Source of the DNA: Phototrophicaceae bacterium
GTDB lineage: Bacteria; Chloroflexota; Anaerolineae; Aggregatilineales; Phototrophicaceae
Reading direction: 5' to 3'
Assembly (NCBI GenBank): GCA_965223515.1
Contig: CBDCWK010000001.1
Coordinates: forward strand, 788,835-852,834
Length of the DNA stretch: 64,000 bases
The translations under genes were made by a program, and so were the position numbers. The notes under the pieces were generated by a model that searched no databases, had not been told where the DNA came from, and worked only from the letters and a program-made list of their open reading frames with translations. Positions 29,051 through 38,866 of this stretch are shown here, one piece after another (position 1 is the stretch's first letter; every line of letters starts with the position of its first letter).

Positions 29051-30141
29051 AAATCGAGCTGCTAGACCTCACAGTGCGCGACCTCGTCGCCGGCTACCAT
29101 GACGACGGCGATGGCGGCGTGGTCGGCTACGGCGGGGCGCTCGATATTCGCCCGCCCTTCCAGCGCGAGTTTATCTACGATGACAAAGAGCGCAAAGCCG
29201 TCATCAACTCTATTCTCAAGGGCTTCCCGCTCAATGTCATGTACTGGTCAGACCGCGAGGACGGCACTTACGAAATTATTGACGGTCAGCAGCGCACTAT
29301 CTCCATCGCTCAATATGTAGCGGAAAAACCGGGCTTCTCGTTCAAGGGGCTGGGCTTTGACAATCAGCAATCGGACATCAAGAAGCGGATACTCAATTAC
29401 AAGCTGATGGTCTATGTGTGTACTGGCACAGATAGCGAGAAGCTGGAATGGTTTGAGATCATCAATATCGCGGGGAAACAGCTATCGAGTCAAGAATTGC
29501 TCAATGCGATTTACTCCGGCTCCTGGGTTACAGACGCCAAGCGCTATTTCAGCAAGCGCGGTTGCCCGGCGTATCAAATTGGCAGGGACTATCTAAGCAA
29601 TTCGGTGAAGGTGGATCGGCAACATTATTTGGAAACAGCGATCAAGTGGATTAGCGAGAATAATATCAGAGAGTATATGCGGAATCACCAGCACGATGAT
29701 AGTGCCGAGCCGCTCTGGGAATACTTTCAATCTGTTATTGACTGGATAAAAGCTGCTTTCACAGAATACAGGTCGTCTATGAAGGGCGTGGACTGGGGCA
29801 GCCTGTACAACGCCTACAAAGACGCGAAACTCGACCCCGTAAAGATCGAAGCCGAAGTTGAAGAGTTGCTTGATGACGAGGACGTTCAGCGAGAATCAGG
29901 CATATACCCGTATATCCTCACTTGCGAAGAAAAGCATCTTAACCTTCGTGCCTTTGACGCCCGCATGAAGCGAAGAGTCTACCGGAAACAAGACGGCATC
30001 TGCGCTATCTGTAAAGAGGAATTTCACATATCCGATATGGAAGCGGACCATATCACCCCTTGGTCCGAAGGCGGCAAAACCAGCGCAGACAACTGCCAGA
30101 TGCTCTGCCGGAAATGCAACCGCGAGAAATCCGCGAAGTAA
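29047..30141 (+). CDS. DUF262 (ParB/GmrSD N-terminal-like) protein with a C-terminal HNH nuclease
   Basis: RPPFQREFIY and IIDGQQRT motifs (DUF262). The C-terminus is CAICK...EADHITPWSEGGKTSADNCQMLCRKCNREKS (HNH). ATGA overlap with the upstream gene. Confidence 0.85.
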   Translation: MKIELLDLTVRDLVAGYHDDGDGGVVGYGGALDIRPPFQREFIYDDKERKAVINSILKGFPLNVMYWSDREDGTYEIIDGQQRTISIAQYVAEKPGFSFKGLGFDNQQSDIKKRILNYKLMVYVCTGTDSEKLEWFEIINIAGKQLSSQELLNAIYSGSWVTDAKRYFSKRGCPAYQIGRDYLSNSVKVDRQHYLETAIKWISENNIREYMRNHQHDDSAEPLWEYFQSVIDWIKAAFTEYRSSMKGVDWGSLYNAYKDAKLDPVKIEAEVEELLDDEDVQRESGIYPYILTCEEKHLNLRAFDARMKRRVYRKQDGICAICKEEFHISDMEADHITPWSEGGKTSADNCQMLCRKCNREKSAK

Positions 30142-30170
30142 GCGCAACCGATACAGGACACCCCGCCTTT

Positions 30171-31715
30171 ATGGATATCGTTAAAGACGCGCAATTTGGA
30201 GACATCCTGGATTACCAGCGATTGCGCGACGGCATGATGGATGTGCTGGACAATGTCTACCCCACATTCAATTTGATGGGCTCGATGTTGCAAGCCACCA
30301 AGCACTTTCGCAATGACCCCAGCTATATGACCGCCTGCGCAGCCAGCGGCTTGGCATACATGATGTTGGTCGCCGCCGAGGAAGACGAACTGGCGGCGCA
30401 ACTCAAAGGCAAGATCTTCACCCTGGGCTGGACTGAACAGCATACCGGCAGCGACTTGCTCAGCGTCAAGACGCGCGCCACACCCATGTCGGATGACCCG
30501 GACGAAAAGCGCTTTCATATCAAAGGGCAAAAGTGGCTGATAAACAATTCATACCATGCCGATTATCACTCGGTTGTCGCCAAGGTCGATCCCTCTGCCG
30601 ATGGTCCGCGGTCAATATCCATATTTGTCGTGCCACATAGCAGCACCAAAAACTGGCAGCGGCTGGAGACGCATGTGCTGCGCACGATGGTGCTCACAAA
30701 ATTCGACATCGACGGTCCCGGAATCCTAATCGGACAAGTGGGTCGCGGACTGCAGATTCTGCAGCGCATGGCGCTCCCGGCAAAATATCACTGCGCTTAT
30801 ATGGGTGTGAAGATGGTGGAAGATTCGCTGCCTGCCGCCATAGAGCATTTGTCCAGCAAGCATATTTTCGGCGCCAACCCCATACAGTTCAGCAATGTCT
30901 TCCGCCAGCTGTACAATCTGGTGCAGCAAGCCGCGCTGATCAATTTTTCCTTCTTCCGCGCCCTGGCATTCAGCGACAGTCCTTTTCTGCAATTCCACGG
31001 CATCATGTTGAAATCCTGGCTGCTGCTCAAGTGCAACGAAGTCTTGTCTCAGAATCTGCTGGTCACTGGATCCAAGGGATTCCTCAAAGAATCCAACATC
31101 GGCGGCAACGCCATCGATTCCTTTGTCTATCCCGTCTTTGATGGCCATTACACCCTCAACACGCTGCTCACTTACAAACATATGCGCCGCTACCTGGACG
31201 CAACCGCGAAAGGCGATATCGAGGAGCGGACTCGTATTCTGAGCCAGAATGCCTACGTGCCGCTGGAAGGCAAGCAGATCCTCAACGACAGCCGCGAAAC
31301 CCGTCGTCCGCCCTTCTTCGATTATGCTGATTACATCGCCCGCTGCGCCCTGCCGATTGACTTGAACGCCAAGCGGCTCGTCAAGGCGAGCGCCGACATC
31401 ATGGATGCGATTCAAGACCGCGGCGACACCAACGAGCCCGAATATCGTTACAAGATCGGCATGCTGGTGCATAACCTCGAAGCGCTGCTTTCGGCGGTTG
31501 AGCTATGGAAAGTAACCGCCAACGACGACTACCTCAACGCCGTCATCATGCAATACAACGATGTCGGCAAACTAATCAATCGCATCATCAGCGAGGGCGC
31601 CTTGCCGGTCGAATTCATCGAGCCGCTGCGTCAACTGCCCCTGCCGAAGGTGAAAGATCCGCGCGGCTTCCTGCTCGGCTTGCTGGATGTGAAGGGGCAG
31701 ATACATGCGACCTGA
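30171..31715 (+). CDS. Divergent acyl-CoA dehydrogenase-fold protein (paralog 2 of 25097..26659)
   Basis: Collinear with paralog 1 over the full length (WTEQHTGSDLLS, GQKWLINNSYHADYHSVVAKVD, VFDGHYTLNTL). Roughly 55-60% identity by eye. Start at ORF Met 38, aligned to the paralog 1 start. Confidence 0.7.
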   Translation: MDIVKDAQFGDILDYQRLRDGMMDVLDNVYPTFNLMGSMLQATKHFRNDPSYMTACAASGLAYMMLVAAEEDELAAQLKGKIFTLGWTEQHTGSDLLSVKTRATPMSDDPDEKRFHIKGQKWLINNSYHADYHSVVAKVDPSADGPRSISIFVVPHSSTKNWQRLETHVLRTMVLTKFDIDGPGILIGQVGRGLQILQRMALPAKYHCAYMGVKMVEDSLPAAIEHLSSKHIFGANPIQFSNVFRQLYNLVQQAALINFSFFRALAFSDSPFLQFHGIMLKSWLLLKCNEVLSQNLLVTGSKGFLKESNIGGNAIDSFVYPVFDGHYTLNTLLTYKHMRRYLDATAKGDIEERTRILSQNAYVPLEGKQILNDSRETRRPPFFDYADYIARCALPIDLNAKRLVKASADIMDAIQDRGDTNEPEYRYKIGMLVHNLEALLSAVELWKVTANDDYLNAVIMQYNDVGKLINRIISEGALPVEFIEPLRQLPLPKVKDPRGFLLGLLDVKGQIHAT

Positions 31716-31963
31716 ACTTTTGGTCGCCCATTCGGATTGATGACCTGCTACCCTCGCAGCAACGCGCATATAGGCTCAACCTTTTGCCCAGCTTATTTGC
31801 ACAAAAAAACATTCTGCTGTGCCAACGCAAATGATACATTGCAATCCTCGAAAATCCCCGTCAACACTGGGATTCGGCATTTGCACAAGCTAAAATCCTA
31901 TTGCGCGATCCGCGCAAACGCGCCAAAATTTCGCCACATACTCGACCGGTGAAAGACACTCAT

Positions 31964-33106
31964 ATGAACGAACTCACTATCCTCCTCTCCGACCTGGTCG
32001 CCATCGACTCGGTCAACCCCGACCTCGTGCCCGGCGGCGCGGGCGAAGCGCGCATCGCAAACTACATCGCCGACTGGGGACGCGAGAACAGCTTGGAAAC
32101 CCACGTCCAGCAAGCCGGACTCGGCCGCCCGAATGTCATCTTGATCGCGCGGGGAAGCGGTGGCGGCAAGTCGCTGATGCTCAACGCGCATACCGATGTG
32201 GTCGGCGTCGAAGGCATGGACGCCCCCTTCGAGCCGAAGGTTCGCGACGGCAGGATGCACGGGCGCGGCGCCTACGATATGAAGAGTGGTCTGGCAGCCT
32301 GCATGCTGGCGATCAAGGCAGCGCGCGCTATGGACCTCGCCGGCGATGTTATGCTAAGCGCCGTCGTCGATGAAGAATACGGCAGCATCGGTACCGAGGC
32401 CTTGCTGGCGGAGTGGCAGCGCTGGCCCGCCGACGCCGTACTCAGCGCCGAGCCGACCGAGCTGGCACTCAGCATCGCCCATCGCGGCTTCGTCTGGCTG
32501 GAGATCGAGACCTTCGGCCTGGCGGCGCACGGCTCCCGCCCAGAACTTGGCATTGACGCCATCGCCAAGATGGGCGCCGTCCTGGTCGCGCTTGATGCCC
32601 ATGATCGAGCGATGAGCGCGGCGCCGACGCATGACCTGCTGGGCAGCGGCTCCCTGCACGCCTCGCTTATAAATGGCGGCGAGGAGATCTCAATGTACCC
32701 CGCCCATTGCCAGTTGCTGGTCGAGCGGCGCACCCTCCCCGGCGAGACTTTGGCGAGCGTCGAGGCAGAAGCACAAGTCATCCTCGATGCGATTGTTGCG
32801 GCTGATCCCGACTTCAAGGCGCAGGTCAAAGCCACCTTCGCCCGCGGCGCCTATAGCATTGAGGCGGCGCATCCCCTGGTGCGGCAGCTCAAGCGGGTCG
32901 CCCAAGCGCGACTCGGCGCCGATGTACCGCTGATCGGCAGCAGTTGGTGGATGGATTCGGCGCTATTCGGCGAAAAGGGCATTCCGACAGTCGTCTTGGG
33001 ACCAAAGGGGACTGGCGCCCATGCCCGTGAGGAGTGGGTTGATCTGGCATCAGTCGAGCAGTGCCTTGCGATCTACACCGATCTCATCGCCGAATTCTGC
33101 CTATAG
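31964..33106 (+). CDS. M20 family metallopeptidase/deacylase (ArgE/DapE-like)
   Basis: LVAIDSVNP, NAHTDVV, GRGAYDMKSG, DEEYGS and HAREEW motifs. Confidence 0.85.
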   Translation: MNELTILLSDLVAIDSVNPDLVPGGAGEARIANYIADWGRENSLETHVQQAGLGRPNVILIARGSGGGKSLMLNAHTDVVGVEGMDAPFEPKVRDGRMHGRGAYDMKSGLAACMLAIKAARAMDLAGDVMLSAVVDEEYGSIGTEALLAEWQRWPADAVLSAEPTELALSIAHRGFVWLEIETFGLAAHGSRPELGIDAIAKMGAVLVALDAHDRAMSAAPTHDLLGSGSLHASLINGGEEISMYPAHCQLLVERRTLPGETLASVEAEAQVILDAIVAADPDFKAQVKATFARGAYSIEAAHPLVRQLKRVAQARLGADVPLIGSSWWMDSALFGEKGIPTVVLGPKGTGAHAREEWVDLASVEQCLAIYTDLIAEFCL

Positions 33107-33110
33107 CTGC

Positions 33111-34211
33111 TCAGACATTGAAGCGAAACAAGATCACATCGCCATCCTGCACCACGTATTCACGCCCTTCCACTTGCAGCAGACCGGCGGCTCGGATGGC
33201 ATTGCGATCCTGATGCTGCTCGAAGACGGCGAAGGGGATGACCTCGGCACGGATGAAGCCGCGCTCCATGTCGCTGTGCACGACCCCAGCGGCTTGCGGC
33301 GCACTCCAGCCATGGCGAATCGTCCAGGCGCGCACCTCGTTTTCGTTGAAGGTGAAATAGCTTATCAAGCCGAGCAGGCGGTAGCTCTCGCGGATCAGGC
33401 TTTCCAGGCTGCTTTCCCGCAAGCCGTAAACGCTGAGATACTCCTCGCGCTCATCGTCGCTCAGGCTGGCCATTTCCTGCTCAAGTCCAGCGCAGACAGC
33501 GATCAGTTGAGTGCCTTCAGCTGCGGCGATCTCTCGGGCCGATTCCAGGTAGGCATTGCCAGTTTGCAGCCCTTCCTCGCCGATATTGGCGACATAGATG
33601 ATCGGTTTGGCTGTGAGGAAGCGCAACTCGAAATCGATGGCGATGAAGTCCGGATGATAGCGCTGATCGAATTTCCGCAGTGGCTCGCCCGCGCCAATGA
33701 ATGCTTCGACCTGGCGCGCCATCTCCAACTGCGGCTGCAGCTTGCGATCGCCTTTGACCTCGCGCTCCAACTTTTCCAGGCGGCGCTCCAACTGCTGCAA
33801 ATCGGCCAGCGCCAGCTCGGTATTGATGACGGCGATGTCATCAGCCGGGTCCGGCAGCGCGTTGACGTGCACGACATTCTCGTCATCAAAGCAGCGCACG
33901 ACGTGGGCGATGGCGTCCACGTGGCGGATATGCCCGAGGAATCGATTGCCCAAGCCCTCGCCCTTATGCGCGCCCTTGACCAAGCCGGCCACATCGACGA
34001 AGTCCACGCGTGCTTGTATCGCCTCGCCCACTCCGACCCAAGCCTGTAAGCGCGCCAGCCGCTCATCAGGCAGGGGCACGACGGCGTGGTTGGCTTCGAT
34101 GGTGCTGAAGGGATAATTAGCGGCGACCGCGATTTGGGCGCGGGTCAGGGCGTTGAAAAGGGTGCTCTTGCCGACATTAGGCAAGCCGACGATGCCGATG
34201 CTCAAACTCAT
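33111..34211 (-). CDS. ychF: Redox-regulated ATPase YchF (Obg-like)
   Basis: GIVGLPNVGKSTLFNALT, DVAGLVKGAHKGEGLGN and the C-terminal TGS-like domain. Confidence 0.95.
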   Translation of the reverse strand: MSLSIGIVGLPNVGKSTLFNALTRAQIAVAANYPFSTIEANHAVVPLPDERLARLQAWVGVGEAIQARVDFVDVAGLVKGAHKGEGLGNRFLGHIRHVDAIAHVVRCFDDENVVHVNALPDPADDIAVINTELALADLQQLERRLEKLEREVKGDRKLQPQLEMARQVEAFIGAGEPLRKFDQRYHPDFIAIDFELRFLTAKPIIYVANIGEEGLQTGNAYLESAREIAAAEGTQLIAVCAGLEQEMASLSDDEREEYLSVYGLRESSLESLIRESYRLLGLISYFTFNENEVRAWTIRHGWSAPQAAGVVHSDMERGFIRAEVIPFAVFEQHQDRNAIRAAGLLQVEGREYVVQDGDVILFRFNV

Positions 34212-34399
34212 GACTGCTTCCTCGCTCTGTCGTAAAGTCGTGTACTCTGTCCCTGACGCGCATAAGAATGCTCTGCCTGCATACGTTTACCGATATATGG
34301 TTGTCTGCGCAAGATTTGAAAACATCAACTATGCTCATATCTGAAGTCACCATATATTAGCACTTTCAAAGCTAGGCGCGGAGCAGGAGAAGTCTGGAG

Positions 34400-35435
34400 A
34401 TGGCTAACGGAGCGACATGGCACGCTGATTTGAAAGTTCGACTGCGGCGACTGCGTCTGTCGCAAAACATGAGACGGCTGGTGCGCGAAACGGAGCTTAC
34501 TTCCGATGACTTCGTTCATCCGCTCTTTGTACGGCACGGGAAAGGCGTCAAGCTGCCCGTAGCCTCGCTGCCAGAAAAGTATCAGTTGTCGGTGGACAAT
34601 CTGGCTGCCGAAGTCCGCGAGATCGCCGCGCTCAATATCCCGGCGGTCATCCTCTTCGGCATTCCCGAACACAAAGACTGGTGCGGCTCAGGTAACTTCT
34701 CGGACGACGGTATCGTTCCGCGAGCGATCCGCGATAAAGGACACCGATCCCGATCTCTTAGTCATTACGGATATGTGCTTCTGCCAATACACCGACCACG
34801 GGCATTGCGGCATAATCAATTCGCTTGAAAATCCGCATTACGATCCCGGCTTGCCCCTCGGCTACCTGCACAATGATCATACACTGGACCTGCTGCAGCA
34901 GGCTTCGCTGGTGCATGCCCGCGCCGGAGCGGATATTATCGCGCCTTCCGGCATGGTCGACGGTCAAGTGGCGGCAATTCGGTCTGCTTTGGATAGCAAC
35001 AGCGCTCAGCATGTTGCGGTGATGCGTTACATCAAATATGCCAGCGCATTCTATGGTCCGTTTCGCGATGCTTCCGGCAATGCGCCGCGTTTCGGGGACC
35101 GCAGCCAATATCAGCTCGACCCCGCAAACCAGCGCGAAGCCTTCAAGGAAATATCGCTTGATATCGAGGAGGGCGCCGATATCATCATGATCAAACCTGC
35201 CCTGCCCAACCTTGATGTCGTCAGCCACCTGCGCGAAAAGTACACGCAGCCAACCGCTGCCTACCAGACCAGCGGAGAATACGCCATGATTCACGCAGCG
35301 GCACAGCGGGGCTGGCTTGATCTGGAACGCGCCGCCCTCGAAAGCCTGACCTGCATAAAGCGCGCCGGCGCCGACATGATCATCAGCTACTTCGCCAAAG
35401 ACGCGGTAAAGTGGCTTGAATCGGGCCGACGTTGA
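34400..35435 (+). pseudogene. hemB: Porphobilinogen synthase (HemB) interrupted by a frameshift at about 34733 (true pseudogene or sequence error)
   Basis: ORFs 34400..34828 and 34773..35435 are the N- and C-terminal parts of HemB (RLRRLR..., zinc site [14 protein letters not shown]). Reading ...PRAIR then skipping g34733 continues [15 protein letters not shown] in the second frame. Confidence 0.85.
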
Positions 35436-35454
35436 CGACCGAGAAGGGGCGCTC

Positions 35455-37711
35455 TCAATCCGTCAGATTCTGAATCACGCGATTGGAAGTCGAAAGCCGG
35501 TCGGACAATACACATGTGATGAATACGTGTAATGCCGATGCGGTTTGCGGTTCAGACGCTTCCATTTGGCTCAGCGCCGCATGGCTTAACCGCTGCAGTA
35601 CACCGGCCTCCGTAACAACAACCGAAGCGGAGCGCGCATTCTTGAGGTAAAAGCCGACTTCGCCCACAACGGTGCCAGCCGTCATGCTGCGCAAACGCAA
35701 TTTATCTTGCCCTTCACCCCGCAACAGCACATCGACGCGGCCCGATTCAATAAAGTACAGGGCATCCGACTCCTCGTCTTGACTGAAGATCAGATCGCCA
35801 ACCGCTGTCTCGATGCGTTCGAGATACTTGTGCAATGCGCTCACATCGCGGCTATCAATGATCGCGTGTTGCGCGAGCTGCTGCTCCACTGTAACTTGCG
35901 TGGTTGCCAGCAGATTGGCCTCCTCCAGCAAAACATTCTCAAACCATTCCAGCGCATGATCGAGATCAGCGAATATCATTGACGCAGCCAACTTGCGCTC
36001 CACAATACCGCCATCCACCAATACCGGCTGCAAATGCGGCAAAACACTTGAAATCAGCAATTCGATACTGTGCATCTCCGTTAGCCGCTCCAACTTTCTG
36101 AAGTCCATAATCGTTGAAACATCGAAGCCGCGTACTGACTTAAAGTCGAGGATGAGACATCTTAAAGGGTTCACCGGCTTCATCCTCAATGAGAGATTTT
36201 ATATGTTTGTACAATCTGTACGCGGTGCCAAAAAACACATAGCCCTGCAAGCGAAGGATCAGGACCTTCTCGCCTTCCTTGTCCAAAAGTTGGTTTTGCG
36301 CGAAAGATCGGTCGAGATTGCTTCGATGAATGTTGGCGGATAGTTCCTGTTTAATCACATTTATACGGCTGTATTCCAAGGCAAAGAAGGATATCGCCAC
36401 GAACAGGCCCAAGGCGATACCGGGCAGGAAACCTAGCAGCGCAGTAGTCAGCGCGATGACGGCAATAGTCATGTAATCGCGCCGCGGCAGCTTGAACCAG
36501 CTGTCCAGCAGCCACTCTTTCATGAAAAGCATTCCGAAATACATCAAAACTCCGGCGGGAAGGAAACGCGGAATGAGAGAGAAGATCGCGCCACCGAAAA
36601 AGAGCGTAACGGCGAACATCAGCGCGAGCATGACGCCAACCAGGCGGCCATAGGCGCCAAAGGCTACCACTAGCGTCGAGAATTCCGGAGTATGATAGCC
36701 CGCTACACCGCCACCAGACAGGCTAGCGGCGATATTTGCCACGCCGTTGACCGTACATTCGCGGTTGAAGTTGAGTTCCCGCTTGATAATGAGTTCCTGC
36801 GCGCTGGCTGTAAAAAGCAAATTAAGCGTAACGACGACGATCATAGTCACGATACCGCCGGCGCTCGCCGCGATCATGGCGGGATCAATCTGCGCGATTG
36901 CACCGAGATCGAGCAATTGCCAACTAATCGTGCCTGAAACTTTTGGCAAGAACCAACCTGCTTCTTCCACGATTTTCACATCGCCAACGATGACATAAAC
37001 GCAGGCATAAAACAGTAAGAGAGACGCGACAATAGCGCCTGGCATAATCATCACACTCTTGATGCGAGCCTGCAGCGCCAATATGCCCAAGCCAACCATC
37101 ACAGCCGGCAGCCAGCGTGCGAATACTCCGCCGTCCATGAGAATAGGCAAAGTTTCTACATTGACCTTTAGACCAACAACGACGCTAAAGCCGGCGTTCA
37201 GCATTAGCCAACCCAAACCGGCCATAAAGCCGCCGACGATGGGATAGGGTATATAGCGAATCAATTCCCCGACACGCCCAATGCCCAGTAGCAGCAGAAA
37301 GCCGCCGGTAAGGAAAGATGAGAGCGCGATTATCCAAAACACCACCGCAAACAGGGTGTCCGGCGCCATATCGGCGGGCGCTGTCGCAATCACGCCGCCG
37401 GCGAAGATGCCTTGAACTACCACTGGCGGGCTCTGCAGAACCGCCATCGTGGTATGGTCTGAACTAAAGAGTGAGGTGATAAATACGATGACGAACTGGC
37501 TAACCAGCGCAATACTCAGTCCCGCGGCAAAATAGCACGTCAGCTTGCCTTGGAATATCAGGCCCGGATACGAAGGCAGCAGGCTCATCATAATCAGCCA
37601 AATGATGGCGCTGGCGAACAGGCTGCGAACGAGAACCGCTGGCTGGAGCGACACCTTTAAGGCTTCGCGAGCGCTGAGATCAGCGGTATCGAATGGTGAA
37701 CCAGTTTCCAT
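35455..37711 (-). pseudogene. SulP-family anion transporter with STAS and cyclic-nucleotide-binding domains, split by a frameshift near 36165-36175
   Basis: ORF 36140..37711 holds the SulP membrane domain and the first STAS strand (VLILRLQGYVFFGTA). ORF 35455..36189 continues STAS (LRCLILDFKSVRGFDVSTIMDF) and then a cNMP-binding domain (FIESGRVDVLL...GTVVGEVGF). The two frames overlap by 50 nt. Confidence 0.8.
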
Positions 37712-37992
37712 GGCTTAAATTTCTTTTACAAAAACCGCATTCTATAGGAAGTGCGACCGATTAATGGCCTGAACGCTGCGTTTTCGCCGCCGCTTTTTAA
37801 CTCCAAGATGAGCTAATGTTACCACCGCCCTCTACCAACTGCCAGTTGATCAGGACTGCGCCGCGCTTTGAGCGCGTATATAGGCCTTTGACAGTTTTCC
37901 ACCATGTACACGATCACACTGTCCATTCGCGCGCCGGGAAGGTGCTATAATCGGGCAGACTTCACGATATTTATTTTGCCTATAGGGACACC

Positions 37993-38760
37993 ATGAGGAA
38001 GATTCCGCAATTTGAACACATTGAACAGTCGGTCATCGACAGGCTGCGCGAGATCGGCACGGCGACCATCGCCGGCACGCTGGCGAAGAAAGGCATCCGC
38101 AACCCGCATTTGGTCGGCTTGACGCCCTTCAATCCGGGCAAGTGCGTCGCCGGCCAGGCAGTCACGCTGCAATTCATGCCCAAGCGCGAAGATGTGCATT
38201 GGGGTGATGAGTACGCCGCCTCGCCCGAGCGCGAAATGCATCGGCACGCGATCATGGCTTGCGCGCCCGGTGATATAGTCGTTGTCGACGCCCGCGGCAG
38301 CATGGCGAGCGGCATTTTCGGCGAGATGATGCTGACATCGTTCAAAGCGCGTGGCGGCCAAGGCGTCGTCATCGATGGCTGCATCCGCGACTTTCCCGAA
38401 GTGCAGAAGCTCAATCTCGGATTGTGGCTGCGCGGGGTCACGCCGAACTTCCATACGCAGACCGACATTTTCCCCCATGCGGTCAACATCCCAATCGCCT
38501 GTGCCGGCGTCTTCGTGGTGCCCGGCGATGTCATCGTTGCCGATGACGATGGCGCGGTGGTGGCGCCGGTCGCGCTGGCGGGCGAAGTCGCCAAAGCAGC
38601 CGCGGAAAAAGCGGAATGGGAAGTCTTCTCCCGCATGAAGCTGGAAGAAGGCGGAACACTGGAAAAGTACTACCCGTTAAACGCAGAAGCGCAGAAGGAA
38701 TACGAGGCTTGGTTGCGCGCGCGGACTACCCCACCCCCGGACCCGCGGATCCCCGCCTGA
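37993..38760 (+). CDS. RraA-family protein (RraA / 4-hydroxy-4-methyl-2-oxoglutarate aldolase-like)
   Basis: GDIVVVDARG...ASGIFGEMMLTSFKARGGQGVVIDGCIRD is the RraA-family core. Confidence 0.8.
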   Translation: MRKIPQFEHIEQSVIDRLREIGTATIAGTLAKKGIRNPHLVGLTPFNPGKCVAGQAVTLQFMPKREDVHWGDEYAASPEREMHRHAIMACAPGDIVVVDARGSMASGIFGEMMLTSFKARGGQGVVIDGCIRDFPEVQKLNLGLWLRGVTPNFHTQTDIFPHAVNIPIACAGVFVVPGDVIVADDDGAVVAPVALAGEVAKAAAEKAEWEVFSRMKLEEGGTLEKYYPLNAEAQKEYEAWLRARTTPPPDPRIPA

Positions 38761-38820
38761 CAATGAGTGTTTCACATAGCGAGGGAGGGAGATTACGTGC
38801 TCAGTTTCTGTTGATTGTTC

Positions 38821-38862
38821 TCCCCTTCCCTCCCTGTGGGGGAAGGGGTCGGGGGATGGGGG
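38821..38862. repeat. Intergenic repeat, family B (CCCCTTCC..GGGGAAGGGG..GGGGATGGGG)
   Basis: tccccttccctccctgtgggggaaggggtcgggggatggggg; related copies lie at 49699, 53281 (reverse orientation) and 56117. Confidence 0.65.
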
Positions 38863-38866
38863 CAGC

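Noticed and set aside
33021-34049. 342-aa plus-strand ORF opposite ychF
   Set aside because: Antisense shadow. The ychF motifs are unambiguous on the minus strand.
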